Below are positions 22,829 to 31,789 of a stretch of 64,000 bases of DNA, one piece after another (position 1 is the stretch's first letter; each line of letters begins with the position of its first letter). The notes under the pieces are model-generated. The model saw nothing but the letters and a program-made list of their open reading frames with translations. It made no database searches and had not been told where the DNA came from. The translations under genes were made by a program, and so were the position numbers. This DNA is from Kofleriaceae bacterium (GTDB taxonomy: Bacteria; Myxococcota_A; Polyangia; Haliangiales; Haliangiaceae), in assembly GCA_965215005.1 (NCBI GenBank), contig CBDCCZ010000044.1:64001-128000 (forward strand), in the 5' to 3' direction.

Positions 22829-23245
22829 ATGAGTACGCTGGCAGTGGTGGAAGAAATCTTGTGTGAGACCGAAGTGCCCATGTCTGTACGTCAGATCGTC
22901 GAGTACGCCAGCGGGCGTCTGCCGACGAAATCGAAGACGCCAGACACCGTCGTCGCACGCGATCTGTCCATGGACATCAAGAAGAAGGGCGATTCATCCC
23001 TCTTCGTTCGTACTGCGCCGGGGCGCTACACGATGCGCGCGCTCCACGTTCGTACGATAGCCGAGCCCGAGGTGGCAACACGGCATGAGTCGGTCGCCGC
23101 AACGATGGTGCCGCCGAGCATGCCACCGCGGCAGGAGGCGCCGGCGTCGGTGCTGAGCTCGGCAATTCGCAGCGAACGCGCCGGCACGCTCGCCGCGCCG
23201 CGCTCGCCGCACAGCGAGCAGTCTGCGTCGATTCATCAGCATTGA
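22829..23245 (+). CDS. HARE-HTH (winged-helix) domain protein
   Basis: SD GAGGAG; EILCETEVPMSVRQIV...KSKTPDTVVARDLSMDIKKKGDSSLFVRTAPGRY fits the HB1/ASXL/restriction-endonuclease HTH pattern. Confidence 0.75.
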   Translation: MSTLAVVEEILCETEVPMSVRQIVEYASGRLPTKSKTPDTVVARDLSMDIKKKGDSSLFVRTAPGRYTMRALHVRTIAEPEVATRHESVAATMVPPSMPPRQEAPASVLSSAIRSERAGTLAAPRSPHSEQSASIHQH

Positions 23246-23541
23246 GTCAGGCGTCGGGGGCGAGGCACCGCCAATGCGGTGTAGCTAGCCGTGCTTCGAG
23301 GCTGCGGGTGGAATGCCTTCCAGTGTGGAGGCGAGCCACTCGCACCCGCGGCTTCTTGCTACGGCGCTGTGAGCGCGGCCAAGTCGAGCAGCGTTCGCAA
23401 TTCAAGGCGCGTCGCATCCGGCGCGCGTCGCAAATCCGTCGCAATGCTAACCGCGAACTGTCGCGCCGCCAATCGCTTCAGCGCCGTCTAAGCGGTCGCG
23501 GCATGTTGGCCGCGGCCATGGTTCTAGCTACGCTACGGATC

Positions 23542-24012
23542 GTGATTCGCCGGGCATCGCAGGGCGACCGCCTCTGGATACAGCAGGTCGCCGCCGAGGT
23601 CTACGGCGAGCTGGGCGACTACGGGCAGATCATTCCATCGTGGATCGACCACCCTGGGGTCCTGGCGTACGTGGAAGAGGACGAAGCGGCACAGGAGCTT
23701 CGCGGCTTTCTGTTGCTTGGCTTTTATGAAACGTTGGAGCCGCTCAATGGCTTCGTCGCCGATGTGCTGGCCATCGCCGTGGCCCCATCGTTCCAGCGCC
23801 GTGGCTTGGGTCGCAAGCTTCTCTCGCACGCGATCTCACTCGCCGAGATGGCCAACCGCCGCAGTCGGGTGGGCGAGATTCGATTGACGGTCGCCGACTC
23901 CAATCGCGCGGGGCGCCATCTCTACACCAGCTCCGGCTTCCGCGTTCTCGATGAGCAACACGGTCACTACGATGGCGGCCAGCGGGCCATCCGCATGGGA
24001 CGGCGCCTGTGA
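23542..24012 (+). CDS. GNAT N-acetyltransferase (RimI-like)
   Basis: IAVAPSFQRRGLGRKL acetyl-CoA motif, LTVADSNRAGRHLY..GF, YDGG. Start GTG 23542 is inferred. Confidence 0.88.
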   Translation: MIRRASQGDRLWIQQVAAEVYGELGDYGQIIPSWIDHPGVLAYVEEDEAAQELRGFLLLGFYETLEPLNGFVADVLAIAVAPSFQRRGLGRKLLSHAISLAEMANRRSRVGEIRLTVADSNRAGRHLYTSSGFRVLDEQHGHYDGGQRAIRMGRRL

Positions 24013-24083
24013 CGTCCTCGGTTTGCTCGAGCTGCACCCGGACGCATCGGGCGTGAGGTGCATCGCCGGCCTAGGCTAGCAAC

Positions 24084-25454
24084 TCATCGCGCTACACGTT
24101 GGCCGTTAGCGACCGCGTCCGCCTGCTTCTTGGCTTGCTGCTCGGCGAGGAACTTCATGATGAACGGAAAGCCAACCTGGAGGGTGTTGAGCTTCGGCGC
24201 CAGCTGCGCGGACAAACCGAACATGATGATCACCGCGCGTTCGATGTAGAACCAGCCGAGCGGGTACTGTACCGACCTCATCAGCTCGCGCAGCTCATCG
24301 CGCTTCATCTCCGGGCTGGTGAACGCTTGAACTTGTGCCGGCGAAATGCGGCCAAAGTCCTGCAGGTTGAGGTTGAGGAGCTTCTCAAAGTAGCGCCGGG
24401 TGGTGCGCTCGAGCAGCGCTCGGTCGCCGCCTTCGGCGACAAAGCCCATGGTCTCGATGCCGCGAACTACCTCGTCGTCGTTGCGAGTCATCAAGCCGGT
24501 CAGCACCGCGAGCATGCCTTCGGCGAGGGCCTCGGTGACTTCGCTCGACGACCCAAAGTCGAGGATCACCAATCGCGGTTGCCCTGCTGGTCCGCGTTGC
24601 ACGAAGAAGTTGCCGGGATGCGGATCAGCGTGGAAGAAGCGGTCGATGAACAGTTGCTTGTAAAATACCTGCACCAGCTTGGTAGCGACGTCGGCCGGCT
24701 CGAGCCCGAGCTCATCGAGCGCGCTGGCGCGGGTAATCTTGACGCCTTCCATGAACGACATCGTGAGGATGTGTTTGCTAGAGAGCTCATGGTGCACCTT
24801 TGGGAACAGGACGTCGGGATCGCCCTCGAAGTTGCGCGCCATGCGTTCGAGACAGTGCGCTTCATGAATCAGATCGGTCTCGCGTTTCAGCATGTCGCGC
24901 AGCTGTTCGAGAACGCGGTCGAGTTGTTGCACTGGCACGAACAAGCGATAGAGGCGTAGCGCCCACCCGAGCACTCGCACGTCGATAGCGATGATGGTGT
25001 CTACTCGCGGATAAAGCACTTTGACCGCGAGTCGCTCACCCGCATGCGACTCGGCCTCGTGAACCTGGCCGAGTGAAGCGGCGGCGATGGGTTGCTCTGC
25101 GAAGCGTCGAAATGCTTGCGTGGGTGAGGTGCCGAAAGCGCGCTGGAACGCGGCGGCGATGACCGCATACGGCTGATGCGGTACGGTGTCCTGCAGACCT
25201 TCGAGCTCGTCGACGTAGGCACGCGGCAAGAACGTGCCCATGATCGACAGCACCTGGCCGAGCTTTATGTAGACGCCGCGTAGGCGGACGAACCCGCGAT
25301 ACATGCGGCGCGCGTTCCGGCGGTGGACGAGCGGCCAGCGATGCGCGACGCGAGAGCCGCCAACGAGTCGCTGCAAGCCCAGCTGAAGCAAATAGCTGGC
25401 GAAAATCCAGCCAAAGACCCAGCAGGCGGAGATCAACCGTAAGACTGCCCACAT
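24084..25454 (-). CDS. ABC1/UbiB (AarF) family atypical kinase
   Basis: YIKLGQ, LQDTVP, AAASLGQVHEA, AVKV, FHADPHPGN, ILDFG. Confidence 0.93.
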   Translation of the reverse strand: MWAVLRLISACWVFGWIFASYLLQLGLQRLVGGSRVAHRWPLVHRRNARRMYRGFVRLRGVYIKLGQVLSIMGTFLPRAYVDELEGLQDTVPHQPYAVIAAAFQRAFGTSPTQAFRRFAEQPIAAASLGQVHEAESHAGERLAVKVLYPRVDTIIAIDVRVLGWALRLYRLFVPVQQLDRVLEQLRDMLKRETDLIHEAHCLERMARNFEGDPDVLFPKVHHELSSKHILTMSFMEGVKITRASALDELGLEPADVATKLVQVFYKQLFIDRFFHADPHPGNFFVQRGPAGQPRLVILDFGSSSEVTEALAEGMLAVLTGLMTRNDDEVVRGIETMGFVAEGGDRALLERTTRRYFEKLLNLNLQDFGRISPAQVQAFTSPEMKRDELRELMRSVQYPLGWFYIERAVIIMFGLSAQLAPKLNTLQVGFPFIMKFLAEQQAKKQADAVANGQRVAR

Positions 25455-25822
25455 CGCTTGCGCCGATTCCCCGTGACGCTGCTACGAGCGCCGCGCCGCC
25501 TCCAAAGGCAAGATGCTAGCACGCGTATCGAAGATGCAGACCATGTTCTAGCGAGCGCACAGCTGCTCTAAGCGTTTCAGGGGAACCTCAGCGTATGCGT
25601 TTGGCCGCGCGACCGGTGAGAGCTTGGACAGTGCCGCGAGGCTGTCTTGATCGAGGCGTCGGTGCCGACCGATTGGCTGCGCTCGAGTCCATTGCGAGAG
25701 TGACAGACCCGTGCAGTAGGTTGTGGCAACGCACAAACGGGTCGGGAGGCACGGATTCAACGGCAACTAGCTGTAGTAGGTTTGCCTTGACGACCCACAA
25801 CCTCTAGCGTAACAAAGGGCGT

Positions 25823-26104
25823 ATGGCGAAGAAGCAGACACGGCGCAGCATCAGCGTGAGCCGGGTTACCTATGAGCGCCTCAAGGGCTACTGCGAGGCT
25901 CAGGGAGTCTCGATGAGCCAGTTTGTTGAGGCGCGCGTTGGCGACTACCTAGGCGAATCGAAGACCGAAGAGCGAACCACGTTGCCGAGGCCTTCGCGTC
26001 CCGAACCGGTGCCGATGGTGTCGGTGCGGCCTCTTGCGCGAGAGCAACAGCCGGAGGTGAAGGCGCCGCGCAAGATCACCGCCGAGCAGATCTTCACGTT
26101 CTGA
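25823..26104 (+). CDS. Small ribbon-helix-helix-like protein
   Basis: RRSISVSRVTYERLKGYCEAQGVSMSQFVE fits the strand-helix-G-helix RHH pattern; possible promoter TTGCCT-N17-TAGCGT at 25782-25810. Confidence 0.7.
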   Translation: MAKKQTRRSISVSRVTYERLKGYCEAQGVSMSQFVEARVGDYLGESKTEERTTLPRPSRPEPVPMVSVRPLAREQQPEVKAPRKITAEQIFTF

Positions 26105-26471
26105 CCGCGTTGAGCAGGCGAGCTCGTCATCGAGGGGATGGTGGGCTTGCTCGAGTTGTTGACACTGCCAACGGGTTGTTGACGCGCACCTCGTGTCGCC
26201 GGTTTGCGTCGGCGACGCGCTGAGAGTCGCTGCAGCAAAATCTGCGAGACCTCTGCGGCGTTGACTCGCGTGCTGGCTCTGCAAGAGCTGTCGATATCAC
26301 GGGGGGCAGAAGGGGACACCGACGCGGAACGGGCACGTGCAGCACGCCCGCCTCTGTCGCGTGAGCGACGCAACGCGTCGGTGATCTCGGAGGTAACCGC
26401 GGAGGTGGGGGCAATGGCGTCTGTAGCCAGCGCGGGAGGGCTCGAGGCGTTGCTGGACGGTGCGCGCTGGG

Positions 26472-26852
26472 CTAGCGAGTCACCTGGTCGTCGCTGCCCA
26501 AGGCTGGAAACGTCGCGATCACTTCGGTGGTGATGCCCCCGCGTACGAAGAATTTGCCGGTTACCGTCATCCGTCGTGGTTTGGTGGCGGCGACCAAGTC
26601 ATCGAGAATCTGATTGGTGACGGCTTCATGGAAGGCGCCTTCATTGCGGTAGCTCCACAAGTAGAGCTTGAGTGCCTTGAGCTCCACGCACGTCTGTTCG
26701 GGAACGTACTCGATGGCGATGTGAGCAAAGTCAGGTTGGCCGGTGAGCGGGCAGAGACAGGTGAATTCCGGGCAGTCAAAGCGGATTAAGAACCCGCGGC
26801 CCGGCCGAGGATTTGGGAAGGTTTCGAGAGTTTTGCTCGGGGTGCTCGGCAT
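26472..26852 (-). CDS. queF: NADPH-dependent 7-cyano-7-deazaguanine reductase (short type I)
   Basis: [22 protein letters not shown], QueF motif [19 protein letters not shown]. Confidence 0.97.
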   Translation of the reverse strand: MPSTPSKTLETFPNPRPGRGFLIRFDCPEFTCLCPLTGQPDFAHIAIEYVPEQTCVELKALKLYLWSYRNEGAFHEAVTNQILDDLVAATKPRRMTVTGKFFVRGGITTEVIATFPALGSDDQVTR

Positions 26853-27113
26853 CGATTGGCTCCGGCCGCGTACATAGCACGACCTCGGGAGTCGCGCCGG
26901 AGCTCGTGAGCGCACGAGAGTCTGCAATTCAGTGAGCACCCGAGCGGTACGGGCGATGGCATAAAGGGCTCTTGCCGGCGCTTCTGGGCGTCACCCGCGC
27001 GTAACGTCTCGGTAAAGACTGCGTGCGGTGACCCCGGTGGCGTGCGCTTGCGGCGCTAGTGAGGAGGGGGCCGAGGCCGTGCCAAGCTACCTCACGGGTG
27101 GGCGTGCAAATGC

Positions 27114-27122
27114 TGCTACTTT
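27114..27122 (+). promoter_or_regulatory. Candidate extended -10 promoter
   Basis: TG-C-TACTTT directly upstream of the structured region. Confidence 0.35.
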
Positions 27123-27367
27123 TTGTAGCGCGGCGGGCACGACGCGCATATGCTGGAGGTACGGCTAACCTCACAGGCCGCCGGTATCACCGCGCGAGCT
27201 CCCAATGCGGGGACCGTGGAGGTGACCGGGGACGGGTCAAAGAAAGGGCCCACAACGAAAGCTCAGCCCACGGGAACCGCCTCCGTTGCATACCACGCTG
27301 TACGCGGCGTGATTGAGCGGGCCGAATAGGCTGAGTGCTGGCATGTAGCCAGGGGAGGTGAGAACGC

Positions 27368-27415
27368 ATGAACCAACACAGTCGTGACTTCAACCGAAAG
27401 GAGCTCTTGCTCTAA
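27368..27415 (+). CDS. 15-aa small ORF MNQHSRDFNRKELLL
   Basis: Near-perfect SD GGAGGTGA (27354-61) 6 nt before the ATG. Confidence 0.45.
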   Translation: MNQHSRDFNRKELLL

Positions 27416-27447
27416 CGTCCCTTCGGGACATTGAGTAGGAACTGCGG

Positions 27448-27480
27448 GGGCCTCTGGCGATGAGTCAGAGGCCCTTTTTT
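27448..27480 (+). terminator. Intrinsic terminator
   Basis: 11-bp stem GGGCCTCTGGC/GTCAGAGGCCC, loop GATGA, then T6. Confidence 0.9.
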
Positions 27481-27691
27481 ATGGTGCTCACGCAGATCGT
27501 TTGAACGCGCTCACGCCGGGCACTGGTGAGATGAGTGCAACGGCGGAGCGCCGAGAACAAGACGCCGCAGGTCAAATGACGCGGGTGCTTTGCGCGATCG
27601 ACGAGCAGTGCCGTGAATCGCCTTGGGTGGGCCAGAGACAGTAGAGCGGTGCAGGTTTGGCAGCGCGGACCTGCTGAGCGACTCGCAGTGG

Positions 27692-30600
27692 TCAAGGCAC
27701 GAGCAGCTGGAGGAATGGGATGCCTTCGGCCCCGCTCGTGATCAGCCCGCCGCCGAGTCGAGCGTAGAGTGCGACGAGGGGAGAGCCTTCGTTGGCGACC
27801 GCCTCCAATGCTGAAAGTACCGCCGCGGTATCGTCTTCGTTGCGTGCGCGGAGCAGCAGTGCACCGGTAGCGACAATGCGGCGCATCGCCTGTCGCTCCG
27901 AGCCACGGAGGCGGGCGCCGAGCTCCGCTGGTGATTGCGTGGCTGCCCAGGCAGCCGCGAGTGCGGGCAACATGGCCGCGCGAACATCGTGCGAGGGGTC
28001 ATCGACGAGCGGCTCGAGGAGCGCGACCGCAGCGGCAGGATGGTGCTCGAGTAGGCCAACTGTCGACGCGGCGGCGCGAGCGCGACGCTCTTCGGAGCGC
28101 GAGGCGAGCGCTTCTGCCAACACGGCGCTCACCGCTTCTGGCTCGCCGACCCGCGCCATGGTCGTCATTGCGGTGGTGCTGATGCCTGGATCGGCATCGC
28201 GCATCGCGAGCGTGAGCGCCCGGTCGCGCTCCGCCGGCTCGAGCTCGCGTGCATCACCGAGACGAGCCAGCGCTTGCCGTCGCACCGCCGGATCGACATC
28301 GCTGAGGGCCGCTTGAACTGCGTTGCTGGTGCCGATTCCTGCGGCCAAGGCTGCATCGATAGCGGCGATTCGCACCCGCGGCGACGCATCGGTGACGGCC
28401 ATATCGATCAGCGCGGTGCTCTCGATAGCCTGTGCGGTAGAGATCAGAACCAGTTTCTCGGCCTCATCGGCGCGATCGAAGGCGGCGACGAGCACTTTCT
28501 TGGCTGCGGCGGGAGCCGATGGACCCACTCCGGCGAGCGCCCGAGTGGCGATCAGACGAACGGCGCGATCATCGTCGCGCGCGAGGTTGATGGTGGTCTC
28601 GATAATCTGGTCCGTCGGCTTTCCGTCGCCGCCGAGGTGGCTAGCCAGCACCCGTGCTGCTTCGGCGCGAATGTCCACGTCCACGTCTTGACTGAGGCGA
28701 GTGGCCACCGCGATCGCCGCGTCGGCTTCGCCAGGATGGTCCGCGACGCATTCGATGATCCGCTGTCGCACCTGATTGAACTTGCTCGATGTCGCCGCCA
28801 CCAGCTCGCGGATCGACGGCGAGTGGTTCGCGACTAGACCGCGACATAGTCCTGCGACAGCCGCTTCTTGCAGATCGTCGTCGTCCTCGCGAGCGGCCGA
28901 ACGAAGATAGCTAAACACCGGCGCCGGACTGGTCCGGGCGATTTCCGCGAATGCTTCCGTGGCATAACGCTTGGGCCGGCCGTCGCGCTTCCAGAGCTGG
29001 CGGATCCCGCCGATTGCAGCGCCGACGTTGCCACCGGCTTCGATGCTGTTTGCGAGCCCATACGCCGCGCCAACCGCTACATCGAGGCGCTCGGTTTTGA
29101 TCATTTTATTGAGCTCGTTTTGCGAGCCTCGCCCGGTGTGTCCATAGGCGCGTGCCGCCGCGGCGCGCACTGCAGGAGTATCATCTTTGAGAAGTGCTTC
29201 GAGCGCCGGCCGGGCAGCGCGATCCTTGCGCTGAGCGATCTCACCCCACGCTAGTGCGATGGCTTCGCGCAGCTCGGGACTCAGCTGACCTTGTAGCAAC
29301 ACGATCTGCTCCGCAGCTTTCTGCGGCGCGAGCCGCGCATACAGCGGCAGTGCCGCCGCGCGAACCGCCTCGACTTTGGCTTTCCATGCACGGCTTATCG
29401 AACGAGTGAATTGCTTTGCGAGCGCGCCTACCAGCTCCGTTGAGAGGTTCTCGTACAGCATGCGCAGCGCCGCAACTCGGTCTTCGGTAGCCGCCGTTGC
29501 GGTTTCGGCTAAGGTCGCGGCGGCGACGCTCGCGGCTTGCGGATCTGTTGCGAACGCCCGTCTCAGCAGCGCGTGAGCTTTTTGTCGCGTAGGGGCTGCG
29601 ACGTCTTCGTTGCCAAGCACCGAAACCGCCGATTCGGCGGACGGGGCGGCTTCATCGGTGTCCGCGGCAACGATGGCCAAGAGCTCGCGACGGGCTGCTG
29701 GATTGGGATCCGTTGCCAATGCATCGCGATAGAGCTGCCGCGCGAGGTCTTCTTGCAACCCTCGCACGGCGGAAAACGCGATGCGACGCAGCTCGTTATC
29801 GGTAGACGTGAGAGCCTCTGCGAGGGTGTCGTGATACGCATCTCCACGGCGCCGAGCGGATGACGCGGCGACTCGCAATGCTGCGGCTTGGACTGCAGGA
29901 GAGGCGTCACTCAACGCAGCTTCGACCAGCTCCACCTCTTCGGGGCCGCCGCGGGCGAGCGGCTCGAGTCGCTCGAGTAGCGTGATCATGTCGCCGGGGC
30001 CTTGCACCATTTTACGCAGCCCCGCGATTTCGGTGGGAGCACCGGTGATCGCGTAGGCGATGAGGCCTGCCAACTCATCATCGAGTGCCGCCAACGCAAT
30101 AGCGGCGTAGCCCTCCGCTCGGTCTCCATTGAGGTCGTGCGATGCCACCGCTCGCCACACGTCGGCTTCGACCATGGGATGGGTAAAGCCGGTGTCGGCG
30201 ATCATCGAGCCAAAGGAGGGACTCGCTGGTAGCCAGTGAAACACCGATAAAGCCGGCTTTCCAGCCCGAACTACGAGCCGCTGATCGGCTGCTGGCCCCG
30301 CAACATCAAGATAGAAGCTCCTTGCGAGGACGATGTACACCACCACCAACGAAATGAGCGGGACGGCGACGGCGACGGCGGCAATGATGGTGAAGAAGCG
30401 CCGCGTGCGCTCGATGACCGTCCGCTCTTCCGGCGTGGAGGGGGCGATGTTTTCGCGGCGTAGCGCCCACCACTCGCGCAGCGATAGCCGCGAGCTTTCG
30501 GCCGCTTTGGAACCGAGCAGCTCGAACGCGCGGCGCGCTGCGACCCGCGCCGGCGCCGCGATCTCGCGAACGCGCGGGATCAGGATCTCATGGCTCAACG

Positions 30601-31645
30601 CATAGTGGGTTTGTGAGTCGTCACTGGTGCCAGTCACTGGGACGACGAGCCCCTTGTCGGCGAACACCTCGAAGGCGCGCCGTGCAAACGCTGGATCGAT
30701 GCTTACTCGGCTCGCTGCCCATTCGGGGGCGTAGGCCACTGGCGCCGGATGCGACGCGAGCTCGGCGATGAGTCGCAGCGCGGTGCGTTCACTGCCGGTT
30801 GCGGCAGCCGCACCGGTGATCCACGCGCGGACGAGCTCGAGCGCTCCGCCGATCGCTTCAAGGCCTGCCAGCGTGGTGATCTGCAGCTCGCGGAGCGCCA
30901 TTGCGCTCATCTGGACGTCTGCAGGAAGAACGCCGCGAGCGCCCTGGTCGAGCTCTCGAGCGACCACGGTGGCAAGCTTTGGATCCGCGGCTATCAGCGC
31001 GACTGCTAACGTTCGCTCTAGCACCGAGGAGGCGGTGGCAAGGTCGAAGCGCTGCAGCTCGTACCGGGCGGGTGGGGGAAATAGCGAACCGGTGCGACGT
31101 TCGAGAGCTCCGAAGAGATGCACGCGCTCACTAGCGCAGCTGAACAGGAAGCGGGCGCGACCGCCGGAGCGCGTGACGACGCGGGCGAATAAATCGCCAA
31201 TCTCGCCGATCACCGGATCGTCGCCGCGCGCGAACACCACATCGACTTCATCGAGGATGAACACGTAGAGCTGGCCCGGCAGCGCTTGCCCGACCACGCG
31301 CGCCAGAAATGTCATCGGGTGCTCACCAGGATCGGGCGCCAGGCCAGTGGCTGTCGCAAGGGCGTGGGTGAAGGAATCGATGGGGCGAGTAACGTCTTCG
31401 CAGAACAGCGCCATGACGCCGTGGTCGCGCAGATGCGGTACCAAGCCCGCGCGTAGTAGCGACGTCTTGCCGACGCCGGGCTCACCATAAAGGAGACCCG
31501 CTCGGAAGCCATCGCCCGTTACAAGCTCGGCGAGCTGATCGCGCTCGCGATCGCGACCGAGGAGCACGTCTCGCTCGGACTCGACAAAGGCGCTCAGCCC
31601 GCGGAGCGGAGTCACCGTCCCCGGATAGGTCGCGACTGCCGGCAC
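27692..31645 (-). CDS. STAND-like (nSTAND1-type) NTPase with one TM helix and HEAT/PBS-lyase repeats
   Basis: LLGRDRE, Walker A GEPGVGKTSLLRAGL, Walker B FILDEVD, YALSHE winged-helix motif, hydrophobic segment near aa 415-440, many 'D..P.VR..A..AL' repeats. Confidence 0.82.
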   Translation of the reverse strand: MPAVATYPGTVTPLRGLSAFVESERDVLLGRDRERDQLAELVTGDGFRAGLLYGEPGVGKTSLLRAGLVPHLRDHGVMALFCEDVTRPIDSFTHALATATGLAPDPGEHPMTFLARVVGQALPGQLYVFILDEVDVVFARGDDPVIGEIGDLFARVVTRSGGRARFLFSCASERVHLFGALERRTGSLFPPPARYELQRFDLATASSVLERTLAVALIAADPKLATVVARELDQGARGVLPADVQMSAMALRELQITTLAGLEAIGGALELVRAWITGAAAATGSERTALRLIAELASHPAPVAYAPEWAASRVSIDPAFARRAFEVFADKGLVVPVTGTSDDSQTHYALSHEILIPRVREIAAPARVAARRAFELLGSKAAESSRLSLREWWALRRENIAPSTPEERTVIERTRRFFTIIAAVAVAVPLISLVVVYIVLARSFYLDVAGPAADQRLVVRAGKPALSVFHWLPASPSFGSMIADTGFTHPMVEADVWRAVASHDLNGDRAEGYAAIALAALDDELAGLIAYAITGAPTEIAGLRKMVQGPGDMITLLERLEPLARGGPEEVELVEAALSDASPAVQAAALRVAASSARRRGDAYHDTLAEALTSTDNELRRIAFSAVRGLQEDLARQLYRDALATDPNPAARRELLAIVAADTDEAAPSAESAVSVLGNEDVAAPTRQKAHALLRRAFATDPQAASVAAATLAETATAATEDRVAALRMLYENLSTELVGALAKQFTRSISRAWKAKVEAVRAAALPLYARLAPQKAAEQIVLLQGQLSPELREAIALAWGEIAQRKDRAARPALEALLKDDTPAVRAAAARAYGHTGRGSQNELNKMIKTERLDVAVGAAYGLANSIEAGGNVGAAIGGIRQLWKRDGRPKRYATEAFAEIARTSPAPVFSYLRSAAREDDDDLQEAAVAGLCRGLVANHSPSIRELVAATSSKFNQVRQRIIECVADHPGEADAAIAVATRLSQDVDVDIRAEAARVLASHLGGDGKPTDQIIETTINLARDDDRAVRLIATRALAGVGPSAPAAAKKVLVAAFDRADEAEKLVLISTAQAIESTALIDMAVTDASPRVRIAAIDAALAAGIGTSNAVQAALSDVDPAVRRQALARLGDARELEPAERDRALTLAMRDADPGISTTAMTTMARVGEPEAVSAVLAEALASRSEERRARAAASTVGLLEHHPAAAVALLEPLVDDPSHDVRAAMLPALAAAWAATQSPAELGARLRGSERQAMRRIVATGALLLRARNEDDTAAVLSALEAVANEGSPLVALYARLGGGLITSGAEGIPFLQLLVP

Positions 31646-31789
31646 CCTGAGACTATATCCTATAAAAGGTGGCGCGCCGGGTCGTGGGGCGCCCGCGACA
31701 GCTGGCCTGCGATCGCAGGCGGCACCGTCATCGCAGGGTACTCGCCGAGGATGTAGTATCCCGATCGAGCACTCTGTAGAGGAATCCGC

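Larger units (their letters stand above)
27128..27480 (+). ncRNA. Unclassified structured RNA candidate carrying a short ORF
   Basis: Nested stems 27149-56/27338-45, 27181-91/27221-29, 27261-68/27329-36, 27294-27311 (UACG loop), 27405-40 (cUUCGg loop), then a terminator. The 5' end is estimated. Confidence 0.6.

Noticed and set aside
25823..26104. RHH gene as the antitoxin of a type II toxin-antitoxin pair
   Set aside because: No credible co-oriented toxin ORF nearby.
27128..27480. Assigning the structured RNA to tmRNA, 6S, RNase P, SRP, a c-di-AMP riboswitch or an HDV-like ribozyme
   Set aside because: No T-loop/CCA or Ala-ending tag; multibranched rather than rod-like; no GAGGAAAGUCC or SRP loop; ydaO-like words (GCUAACCUC, GGGAACC, GCCGAAU) are in the wrong order; no clean HDV P3/P1.1.
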